Shown: one piece after another, positions 12,801 to 25,400 of the stretch
Layout: every line of letters begins with the position of its first letter
Numbering within the stretch: position 1 is the first letter of the stretch
Assembly (NCBI GenBank): GCA_030390025.1
Contig: JASTWF010000036.1
Location: forward strand, 3,040,001-3,104,000
Direction: 5' to 3'
From: Squalus acanthias
Taxonomy: Eukaryota
Length of the DNA stretch: 64,000 nt
Made by a program: the position numbers and the translations under genes
The notes under the pieces: generated by a model
Told to the model about the DNA's origin: nothing
The model's input: the letters and a program-made list of their open reading frames with translations, nothing else
The model's database searches: none

Positions 12801-15800
12801 GTTCAAAGAAAATGAATAAACACTTTTTTTTTTAATGCCACTGTGATTTCCCCCCTGGGTTGATCGCAGTCGTGTCTCGAAGATTAATCATTAATTCCTG
12901 GCGATCAGGACAATTCTGGAGGGCTGGCAACCCTAGGGAAAGGAAGCCCAGGACATGGGAGGGCCAAGATTTCCTTGTGGGGCCCAGAGAAGCACTATTT
13001 CTCTTCCTGGCCCCACAAGGAAACCGATTTTTTTTTTTAAACTTGCCTTTCTAGGCCTCTTCTGGCCCCGGATCCACTTCCTGACCACCGTGTCTCCTGC
13101 TCAGACCTCAGGTTAATATTGGTGTCAGGTCTCAAACATCATCATCGGAGCCTAATCTACATATTTAAAGAAGGACCTCGCTGGCTTCGGGCAGATGGCC
13201 TTGCTGCCTGCAATTCAAAATTATAGTCCGTCAGATTGGGGTGGGAAGTGGGTAAGACCACCACCCCACCCCCGCTCCAATTTAACTGTTTTCCGCCTGG
13301 TTTCTGCTGAGGGCGGGGATTAAAATTCCCCTCACTGTGTTGTACTTAAAAAAAAATTGTTCCTGGGATGTGGGCGTCGCTGGCAAGGCCAGCAATTATT
13401 GCCCATCCCTAATTGCCCTTGAGAAGGTGGTGGTGAGCCGCCTTCTTGAACCGCTGCAGTCCGTGTGGTGAAGGTGCTCCCACAGCGCTGTTAGGGAGGG
13501 AGTTCCAGGATTTTGACCCAGCGACGATGAAGGAATGGCAATAGATGTCCAAGTCATAAGAACATAAGAAATAGGAGCAGGAGTAGGCCATTTGGCCATT
13601 CAATAAGATCATGGCTGATCTTCTACCTCAACTCCACTTTCCTGCACTATCCCCATATCCCTTGATTCCCTTAATATTCAAAAATCTATCGATCTCTGTC
13701 TTGAATATACTCAACGACTGAGCATCCACGGCCCTCTGGGGTAGAGAATTCCAAAGATTCACCACCCTCTGAGTGAAGAAATTTCTCCTCATCTCAGTCC
13801 TAAATGGCCGACCCCTTATTCTGAGACTGTGACCCCTGGTTCTAGACTCCCCAGCCAGGGGAAACATCCTCCCTGGATCTACCCTGTCAAGTCCTGTAAG
13901 AATTTTGTATGTTTCAATGAGATCACCTCTCATTCTTCTAAACTCTAGTGAATATAGGCCTAGTCTACTCAATCTCTCCTCACAGGACAATCCCCGCCAT
14001 CCCAGGAATCAGTCTGGTGAACCTCAGGATGGAAATATATACTGGATCTATTCCTTCTGTACATAATCTCAGAAGAACTGAATGAGCCCATTGCATGCTG
14101 ATTTGAATACTGGAGAATCAGAATGGAAATTCTTGGGAATGGGTTAAGTTTTATTCTTTCGCATCTGGAGCCTGAGTTTAAATCCAGTCCAGACTGTGAG
14201 GGTGCAGTGTGTAATGAGTCTGGCCAGTCTCAAGTAGGCCAGAGGCCACAGACTAAACCTGCCCATAAATGTGACAGTAAATTGCCAGTTTGAACTCAGA
14301 AAGACCATTGGGATGGCTGGTCTGGGCAACTGAATGATCACACTGGTGCAGCAGTGAGGTTGGGAGCTATGTTATTGAAGGCAGGCTAGCACGATAATTG
14401 ACTTGGGATGCTCAACGCAGACAATGGGTGCAAGAAAGGAAAGTATTCCATTTCCAGAAGCAACAACCGTCAACCTAATGAGCACAAAATAACGTCTCCA
14501 AACTGATCGGAGTACGTGTAGAAGTTATAGGTTGTGCAGCTGATGCTATGCACTGAATTCAGCTGGCAGACTCGAAGCAGAAAATTGTACTTGAAAGGTT
14601 TCATTACTGACATTGATTCCTTATGGCTCACTTCTGTAACCAAATACTTTTGAGAAAGGCAATCTGTGATATCATTAGCTGAATAAAAGCACAATCCACC
14701 CCACATTACCTTAGCTTTCTTCAATTTCCCCCATTGATTTCTGGCTCAATTCTCATTCTCTGTTGTTGGCTCTGTAACGGATGTCCGATCTGGTGCTACA
14801 TGCCCTTGGTGGCCTATTTTTCCTCGCTCTCTTTCTCACAGTTGGCTGCCTGAATTACCCACCCTCCCAGTCTAAAATGGGCCTCAAAAATGTCAAAACT
14901 CATCAGCCATTGCTGTGTAGTAACTGATGTTTCTTGATGTACAAGTTGACTATTTTGCATGTGTATATATAAAATGTTTTTATACATCAATCAATGTTTC
15001 CACATCAATTCCTTGTCATGCCCATTTTAGTTCCCCTTTCCCTTCAACTCTGATCTTCTCTGAGTAACTTCAAAGATGGAGACAGGCAAGTCAAGCTGGC
15101 CACAATTATTGGAACAAACTTTTCCCTGATTCTACCTGAAGCTCAACTGAAAGCTCAATAAGAACACTTGGGGAAAAATAACCGCTGTGATGATCCTTGC
15201 AAGTTTGTCATAATGAGATTGGACCTTAGCTTTCGACACACTAAGCAGGAGGATCTGCACAACAGGTCAAGATGAAAGGGTCTACTTTTTAAAGTATGCC
15301 AAATGAGATATAATGCGAAGGCAGGGAATCAACCTCTGATAGTCTTCATCTGGCTTCTTTCTCAGTGACAAAATCAGGCCATCAGATTTTATAAAAACAG
15401 GAAGGTATGGCTTTAAAGACAGAAATTGATGACCACATTGTGCATTTAAGGGAGAATTACCATCTGATTGAAGGATGAGGAAATAAGAGATTATGGGCCT
15501 GAATTTCGTGATCGGAGGCTTTCCGCGGGCGGATGCCTCCTATCATCAAATTTTCTACGCATTTACCTGGTGGTCCGGGAGATATGGAGGCTCGCGATCC
15601 TGGGTCTCTCCTGGTTGAAATGCGTAGAGGCCCACGTATCCCAGGGGCGCATGCGGTTCGCAAGCACCCCTGGGATCACGTGGGCCAGCCCAACCAATGA
15701 AAGAAGGGAATCCCCATTCATACTTTTGACAGTTCTGTACGTACGGAACTGTCAAAAGTATGAATGGAGATGACTTAAAAAATATACGAACACATGAAAT

Positions 15801-18800
15801 AATTTTTTTTTTTTTTTTAAATCACAAAATTAATTAAAATGGCATTTAATTAAATATTTTAAACAAAAATTAAATTTTGGGGGGAAAAAAGTTTTAACAG
15901 GGCTAAAAATAAACTTACCTTATTGGACAGGGTTTTTAATGTATAAGTGAGTGATAAAATTTTATTTTTTAAAACTCTTATGCTGGTAAAAGCAGGCCTT
16001 CTTACGCCTGTTTTTACCAGGCGTAAGAATTCCACGGCCTTTCAGCGGGTGGAAGTTGGGCAAATAACGCAAATCTCCACCCGCAGAGGCCCTTTTCCCG
16101 GGGTTGCAGAGGATCTGTCAAGAAGATTCTTGACAGATCGCAAGTGCCGGGTTTCAGCGCATGCGCTTCGTACGCCTAAACCCGGCACTTGCGCGGCCCC
16201 TACGGGCGCGTACACACCTCGTATGCACCAGTAGGGGTCGGAAAATACGGCCCAATATTACCTTAGAACAGATACCATCAGTGGTTAATGCAGTGTTCAG
16301 CATAATGTCAGATTCCAAGCCCATCGTCTTCTTTTCAATAACCCCATTTTTAAAAAGTTTCCATTTTGAGGGTGAGCTGGGTTTGGTCAATAGTCCAGCA
16401 CTTATTGGATATTTCTTTAGGACTAACTTATTTCTCCATTACATTTGCAAACAGAAGCTCCTGCTTCCTACTATAAATGTGCCAATTCTATTCCATTGGA
16501 CTTGCCAGGAACCCACCCAGGCGGCAGTTTTCTGAAACACAGCTCCTTACCATCGCTGTTCCGCCACTTAAAACAGCAGCAGTGACCAAGCAATATTGGC
16601 TGCCACCATCCTCAGCAATCAAGTCCTCCCAACTCCTACTCCCATATGGAATTCACCGTCCTTCAAGATGGTTTACCACAGTTAGGTGCGAATATAACCA
16701 CTATCCAAACAAAACCAAGCCGGCAGAAGGGATGGGCAGAGGGAGGGGCCGGAGAAGGAGGATGTTGGCCACTTTGGTTGGCAGAGGTCATGTACGCCCT
16801 CATGCTGTTGGAACTATCTCGTATGCCATGGCACTATTTCAAAGAAGAGCAGGGGAGTTATCCCCGGTGTCCTGGCCAATATTTATCCCTCAACCAACAT
16901 AACAAAAACAGATTATCTGGTCATTATCACATTGCTGTTTGTGGGAGCTTGCTGTGCGCAAATTGGCTGCCGCGTTTCCCACATTACAACAGTGACTCCA
17001 CTTCAAAAAGTCCTTCATTGGCTAAAAAGCACTTTGAGACGTCCGGTGGTCGCGAAAGGCGCTATACAAATGCAAGTCTTTCTTTTTTTTTAAAAAAGGG
17101 ACAGTTTTAAACAACAAAAGGGCAAACGCTCTGAATTTAGAGATCCCTGTTTGCAAGCAGCTCCAAATTCTAAAAAAAATGGATCTCAGACTCCGAAGTG
17201 TTCTTGAGCCCACAGAAAGCCCTTCTTCAGATCAATGTCCTCCAGCATGGGCTGAATTTAAACCTGCTCCGGATCTGAAAGGACAGTGTTTTAGCATTCT
17301 GCCAGTCCCTTGCAATCACTGCATTTAAAAAAATGAAAAACCTGGGCTTACCTTGTACAGATCCACGGCGCGCCAGCCATTTTGCTCCTCGGGATGTAAG
17401 TGCGAGTATTCGTTCATATGGGACAACGGGAAGGTAGATGTTGCGTGAAACATGGAAAGGTTTGTACTTTTCCCTCTCACGTGGGGTGCCGTGGAGCTGA
17501 AAAGTGGAAATGCCGTTGCATTTGGTTGGTTTGCTCCAGGGAACCAGCTTGTTTGATTTGGAGTGTCTTGTCCATGACTAGTTAGTGCAATGCTTGGATG
17601 ACTGAAGTCAAGTCTGCTCTGCTGAGAGGGAGCGATGCAGGCAGGGACATTTGCACTATCGGATGGTGGATTAAAGAGGGATGCGTTTTGCTGCGATTCA
17701 ACTCTACAGCTCTGTGGAGCTCTCATATAGCCATTGCTGATACTGTGGCTCATTGTGGTGCCTGGGTTTAGTCCACTCACTGGGGATGGACTGGGATTGC
17801 TGCATTGCTGCGTATAATTGTATGACTGTTGGTTGCAGTACTGTGCTTGCAGTTGGCCATTAGGCTGCTGCAAGTGCTGCTGCAGTTGAGGGCTGGGTCT
17901 TGTAGCCCGTTGCTTACGGAGGACTTGCTGCTGCATATATTGTTGCTGCATGGGACTCGAGGTCTGCGGCTGCATAGAATGGGACCATTGCATGCTTTGC
18001 TGCTGAAACAAGTCCTGCTGCTGCTGCTGTTGCATGCTTTGCTGCTGTTGCATGCTGTGTGCTAGGCTACAGGGTCGCACTACTTCTTGGGTCAAGTAAT
18101 TTGCTTTCGGCAACTGTTGAGGAATCGATGGTGGTGCATTCTGCTGCACGTGCAATGATGGCATCCGAGGTGACCTATTACTCCGTCTCTGTGATGTGTC
18201 TGAACGTTGAGGCAGCTGGTCCCCCGTGCCTAAATTTGGCCGCAAACTGTTTGGTTGGTGAGGACTATGCCCTTCCATCTCTTTCTTCTTTAGTGATTCA
18301 TGAACATAAGACAAGACCTGGTCATTTGTGAGCATGTCATTCAGGGGGCATTCTGAATCCACCTCCATGCTCAATGTGTTCTCCACCCAATGCATGAGCT
18401 CCAAGTCCTCTGGTCCCAAGCTTTCCAGCACATTAGGGAGGCCAGTCAACCCCTCACCATTGTCACTTTGAAGCATGTCATCCAATATAGACAACAGATC
18501 ATCATCCTGCTTACAGCTGGTCTCCTCCTCTTTTATATTTTTCTCTCCATTTTGGAGACATGGTGCGATTCCTCCTGGTCCACTGCCAACTGCTCCACCA
18601 ATTCGGCTGAAGGAGTACTTGGGCTCTACTGCCGGGTGCCTGATGTACACCGACTTGTCTTGGCTCATCATGGCTCCAAGGAGTGAGTTGGGATCTACAC
18701 ATCTATTCTGTTCCACATTGGAATTACCATCCTCAGATGGAAATGGACTGGTGAGCCCAAGCATAGGGGAACTGTTGTCATATAAGAGAGCCTCCCCTGT

Positions 18801-19367
18801 TGAGAAGGGAAGTGGGAAAGGCATCGCGCGTTTCTGAAAGTGATCAACGCCTTCCTTATCTCTGTGGAAAAATAAGTGAATTCTTCAATACACACTTTTA
18901 ATTGAGATTTTTAAGAACTGAATAATAAAGAGTGTATGCATGCAAGGGCTACTGTAGGCGGGATAGGTATGCAAGACAGAAAGTAAGAGTTCAGAGGTGT
19001 GAAATAGAGTGAGGGTGCACGAGATTTTGGGTCTACTTACGTTAAGAGTCTCTGCTTCGCTATGATGCAATCTGGCTGCCCATTCTTGTAGACCAGGCGG
19101 GCATTTGCCTGGACCCAGATCCACATATTCTGTTTTGTCAGGAGTCTGAAGATAGTCATTCCGCTCTCCCCCGTCTTCATTACTGGAAAAGGACAGAAAT
19201 GAATGATTAAAAACAGCCCAGCCCAGCCACTGCACTGTGGAATTGTGGAAAGAGAGAGAGAGAAAGATTGAAAGAAAAAAAAAGTGAAAAAGATTGAAAG
19301 AGAAAATGCAAGAGAGAGAGAAAGAGAGAGAGAAAAAGAGTGAGGGAAAGAGAGAACCAGAGAGGTG

Positions 19368-19415
<48 letters not shown>

Positions 19416-22400
19416 GGACACAATAGAGAGATAGAGAGAGAGAGAGACAGAGGAAGAGAGAGGGAGGGAGGATGAGGAAGGAAGGAAATAATGTCCAGGA
19501 TCAGATGCACAGGGAAAGACAAGTGATTTTGCCAACATTAAGATGGGTTCACAATCTTCCAGGCTATTAAAAACCAAGCTTGGTAACACCCAAGTCTCAT
19601 GTTCCCTTGTCTCCTACTCTTGCCAACCTTGAAGAGGTCCTGCGCTGTGGGCCTTGGTCCTTTAGCTTTATATCAGGATCCCATTTCTACAATACCTGGT
19701 CGCATCATTTTCTAATGATAATCTGTTGAGTCCTGGTTTTGTGCAACACTACTCAGCACAACATAAATAAAATGGGGGAGCGGGGAAATCAAAAAACACA
19801 TTGGACAGTAAAATTCAAGCCAACCAACGCCCAACCACAATCTACTATCCAGTACCAGAACCGCTACTTACATCGAACATGGTTGTCTGCACAGTAAAGC
19901 ATGTCGTCTGCGTGAATAAACTGGTATCCTGACCCTCGCATGCACAGCTCCAGCTCTGAGTAACCCAGCACAATCTTAGCCCTGGAAACAATGACAAAAA
20001 GAAACAGAAAAGAGTCAACGTTCTGTATTAGTTACTTTTCTCACACTAATACCAGTCACATCCTGCTATCAAAAGAGAGAACGAGTGGGTACTAAACATT
20101 GACTATTAACAGAATCCAATTTGTTGTTCATTTAGAGTTGTATTGAATACGGTTTTTAAATTCAGCTATTTCCCCTTCAACCTCTTTTCCATTTTCCTCA
20201 GAGTCTGCCCACTTCCATATACATCTTATCCCTTTGCAAGAGGTCTAAGATATTTTGTTTTAAATCGTCAGGGGACTGGGTAATGCAGTAGGTTAACAAA
20301 TTGTCCTTTCAGCTCGAAGTCCTAGATTCAAATCCAGCCCAGGCACGAGATGAAAACCTCCTTTCTCTCTGAATCCCATGAAAAACAAATGTGGGACAGG
20401 CTTCACCCAATTCCCAATGAGCACACCAATAGGCAACCTCACTCAGATAGGCCAGAATAATGGCTGGCGAGGGAAATGGAGATGTCACCTTGATACTTTT
20501 CTGAGGCTAGGATTAAGGTATATTGCTGGGGGTGAAAGTAGAGGAAACTTTATTCTGAATTTTTCCAAGCTACTAGACCTTGGGGTGCTCCATGCCGACA
20601 GTGGCTGCAAAAGCTGATTTAAAAAGTGTTCCATTCTCTTGGCGTGGACATCCCTCACCTCTTAGTATATATGAATATTAATTGGCCCAGGAAAGAGGAA
20701 AAGACTTCAGCTTTTACTTTCTACACCACTCAGTTGTGCATACTGGCAGGCTGATCAAGGCCGGTCAGCGGAGGTGTCTGTGGCCTGGAGTATCCCATGC
20801 CCCATACCAAAGGCTAGTTTTGACGTGGCAGGCTTAATTTTGAGGGAGGGAAAAGAGGATAAGAATGTAAAAGTAAAAAGTTTCTCGGTAAGTAGCTCCT
20901 TGAGGGGGCCCGCCGCAGCGAAACTCTTTTCTCAGCCCAATAAGCTTTTCTCACTCTTTATAATTTAACAATGTGCATATACGTCCAGGCGTTCCAAAGT
21001 GAGGGTGGCACAGCTGATGGACAAGAGAAAAAGTGGAGTCCAATAATCTTCCAACAGCTCCTGAAAGTGACCGTTTAGTGAGATGGTATGCGAGTGGGAC
21101 ATTCCAGAACGAGGCCAAAAAGTAAGCGCATCAACACTTCAGAACCTCCCACTTCTGTGGCTATCTGTAAAATCAATTTATCCCCTACAAAGGATAATGT
21201 AACTCCCCCACCCCACCTCACTGAAAACACCAATATAGCAGGCCAATAAAGGGCCCTCCTAAGGTCCACAGTGCTACCTACTTTGCATCACAGGCAACAG
21301 GTGAAAAGTCGAGCTTGTGTTTAGTCTGAAACAGAGCACTTCTGGTTCTGATTTCAAGGATCGAAGGCACCTGGAGAGGTGTTGCAATGGCAAAGAGCGC
21401 CAGCTGTGGAGGCAGGAGGGTGCCATCTTCTGCCCGCTTGTTCTGTCCATGGAGATACTTCAGTCTGCCTTCAATGTTTAGAGCCTAAACGCATCAATTC
21501 AAAAAGGAAACAATGGTTTCAATTAATGCAACGGTACTTCAACAGCAGAAAGGTAAAATAATGAGCAACTCAGCAACTCATGGTTGAGCATTGGGCCGTC
21601 CCAAGTTGGCCCTCATGTCAGTGGTAGTTCTGTTCCATCACAAATCTTTTAAGGCAAAGTCTTAACAAGCAAAAATCAGCTCTCTTCCTAACTTTGTTAA
21701 TTGACCCATTTTATGAAAGGGCATGAATTCTCAGGACAGCATTAAACACAAATGAATAGCTCATTGCCATTTCCCACTGGCGTCACACCGCTGCCCACTG
21801 GCGTCACACCGCTTTCAATTCTACTTTTTTGTTGAGTTAAAGATGACAGGAAAATTGCCCCCCATGTGACCTCGGTCAGCCAGATGCTGCGGTCACCTTC
21901 CAGTAGTGACATTATGAAGGGTTGTGTGTTTACACTCTGAAACAAGACCAGAGCTATAATGGCGTGAACTAACAGGGCCAAAAGGCTTACATTGCTTTTT
22001 AATGAAGACAATGATCCTGTATGTATTCTACCTCTTGAATATCTGTCATTCTAGCATGGGGTACTCATTCATTTTTTGCCAAGGGACCCAATTCTAAGAT
22101 CACGGGCAAACACAGAGTGTCACACTTGGAACACTGGCACACAGAGTATCACACCTGACTGCAACAGCCTGCAAAAGGATAAACCTGCTAGGCCTCTAAT
22201 CAACAGTCGTCAAGACAACTGCACATGAACAGACATGCACCAGCAGTTTAGTCATCTGACTGATTCTCTTCACACAAGTAGATCATTTTATTCTCAAAAG
22301 ACTTGCTTTTAAGTTTGGCCCCAACAAAATAGGGCCAAAATCGTGGGACAAGTGGAGAGAGCAGAAATGCAACAAGAAAAAGAGGGAGTGGCTTGAATTT

Positions 22401-25400
22401 TGCCGAGGAACATATCAGAGCAGCACAAGTTGCCCCATGGGCCGTATGAAGAGTAGACTTCTCAAAGTAACTTGTACACATCTCAATGCTTCAATAGCCT
22501 TTTATTCTAGATGGAACACCGTTGAAATATTTCTTACCACGTAGCCAGAGGGGCTATTGAGGAGAGAGCGCATTTTGCACACAAAGTTCCTCTCCAGAAA
22601 GGTGGAGTTCTCTGGTGGGAGTCGCTGTGGATCGTACCTGGCAACAACTTCACACTTTGTGTCATTACCTGGATAGAAGAACATACAAAACATCTCAAAT
22701 CATCATTTCAAGGAGGAACTTCACAATCATTTGAAGGCAATGCCTGGACAGAAACGATGAATTCATCTGCACGGCAGTTATTTGTGGTCAGAAGGTCCCA
22801 GTGGTGGAGCACCTTGCTGTAGAGGTGGGAGGTTGTGTAGGTTCGCTCCCTCCTGGTTTCCCAAGTGCCACATGCACCTGAGGAACAAACTTGAATTGTG
22901 CCCATTTTCATGGCTCTCATTTTATGGAACCTTTTCTTGTTGACTTGCAATTGCTACAACTCAAGGGGAAAAACAACCTGCTTTCAGGGGCAGAGCCTTC
23001 AGCCATCTCAGCCCCATATTCTGGAACTCTCTCCCCTTGATTGGCACCTCATCCACCACCTTAAACATTCACTCCCTCCACCACCGGCGCACCGTGGCTG
23101 CAGTGTGTACCATCTCCAAGATGCACTGCAGCAACTCGCCAAGGCTTCTTCGGCAGCACCTCCCAAACCCGCGACCTCTACCGCCTAGAAGGACAAGGGC
23201 AGCAGGCGCATGGGAACACCACCACCTCCAAGTTCCCCTCCAAGTTACACACCATCCTGACTTAAAAATATATCGGCGTTCCTTCATCGTCGCTGGGTCA
23301 AAATCCTGGAACTCCCTCCCCAACAGCACTGTGGGAGCACCTTCACCACACGGACTGCAGCGGTTCAAGAAGGCGGCTCACCACCACCTTCTCAAGGGCA
23401 ATTAGGGATGGGCACTAAATGCTGGCCTTGCCAGCGACGCCCACATCCCAGGGACGAATAAAAAAAAAACGCCTCCACCTTATTACCTCCTCAACGTTCA
23501 GTAGTGGAACTCGCTACCACAAGGAGTAGTTGAGGTGAATAGCATAGATGTATTTAAGGGGTAGCTAGATAAACAAGAGGGAGAAAGGAATTGAAGGATA
23601 TACTGATGGGATTAGATGAAGAGGGGTGGGAGGAGGCTCGTCTGGAGCATAAACACCAGCATAGACCAGTTGGGCCAAATAGCCTGTTCCTGTGCTGTAA
23701 ATTCAATGCAATTCTATGAAATTTCTCGAAACGTTCCCTTTAAACTGTGCCTTCAATCACTCCCCCAACTCTCCTGATAATGCTCTGCACCTGCTTTTCA
23801 CCTCTATGAAGCACCGTTGGACAGTTTACAACGTTTAAAAGGCACTATGTAAGTGCAAGCTGTTATTCCTGTTAAAAAAAAAACCCAGGCAAAAATAAAA
23901 AACCCCAGGCAAAAATATAAAGAAAGAACATCACACTGCATTGATATTTTGCAACAAGAAGATTAAGTGCAAGTTTGTAACAAACGCCCAAGGCAGGATC
24001 AAACAAATCAGCAGTAACTTGGAAAGATCACATGAATCAGGCAAGAGGTATTTTAGTGAGAGTCTCAACAAGGAGGAAGATGATAACAACTTGCATTGAT
24101 ATTGTGCTTGTAAAAGCTCATCTCAGAGTCCTTTATCAGGCAAGGAGGTGGACACCAGACAGGAAAAGGAGGCAACTTAGTGGAAGGAACCAAAAGGTAT
24201 ATGGTCAAAGAGAAAGGTTTTTAAAGGAGGCTTCTAAAAGGCAGGGAGGGAGGTAGCAAAACAAGGGAGCTTTGGGAAGAATTACAAAAGGACAGTATTG
24301 ACAGAATGATTGGCCCTCCAATGGTCACGTAAAAGGAGCAGCAATCCACAGGTAGGTGATCGTAGGGCACAACTGTCTGGGACATGTGGCGTATCGCTCA
24401 GAGAGGCAATGGAAGGTTTCGATCATGAGGATGAGAATCTTAAGTCGATTCTCTCGGCCACAGTGGAGGCAGATGGGCGTGCAGGACTTTGCGTGGGAGA
24501 AGATAATGGCCCACTCTGGATAAGGTGACGTTTATGAAGAGTGGAAGTGCGGGGGCCAGAGAGTAGAGCTATGATTAAGTCAATCCTCAAGGTGATTATG
24601 GCTTCAGCAGTGGGAAGGGAGAAATAGCAGTATGAATAGGCAATGCTCCAGAGGTGGAACAATGTGGGCCTGCCAATGGACCAGATGTGGGTTAAGAAGC
24701 TCAACTCAGGGTTGAACAGGGCACTGAGGTTGAGCACCATTAAACAGGGGGGGATGGTAACTTAGCCTAAGTGGGCAGCCAAGGAGTCTGATGGAGTTGG
24801 GGCAGTGGAACATTGATGATGTTGAGAGATGAAAAGAATGGCTTTGATGTCACTGACATTAAGCTGAAGGAAAGTGCAGGATGAGATGGCAGTGGCACCT
24901 GTCTCCAGAGCACTTAAAGACAACAGCATGTTGATTGATGTACAATTACAGGGGCTAAAATAAACAGCTTAACACCTTGGTTTAAAGTAGACAAAGGAAT
25001 TTCATACAAAATGCGTTAACACATTTGTTAGTGATAACACAGCACGATTTCAACCCATAGGAGTCAAAATGAAAGTTCTTCCTGATGTGAATTTTAAGCA
25101 TTCGTTTCACTCATTAAAATTTATGTCCTCTCCTCCTACTTTCCTGTTGCTCAACGATAGATGTAAATCAATCTCCGAATAGGATCTGTCGCGATTGAAG
25201 TAAAAGGTCTAACCTAAAGCACCAAGTCCTCATATTCACGGCACAAGGTCACAGCAAGGGGGAGCCAAGATGCCAAGCAGCTCGAGTGTTAAGAATACAA
25301 TCAGAGAGGCCAGACAAAAACGGTTAAAGACGAAACTAAGTCAATGCTTGGGGCATAATTGTTTAATAGTGTAATGGGCGCACGACCCAGAACATAGCAG

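Noticed and set aside
18885..19589. 234-aa and 161-aa ORFs
   Set aside because: Mostly the (CT)n microsatellite; only 19041-19182 is real coding sequence (exon 9).
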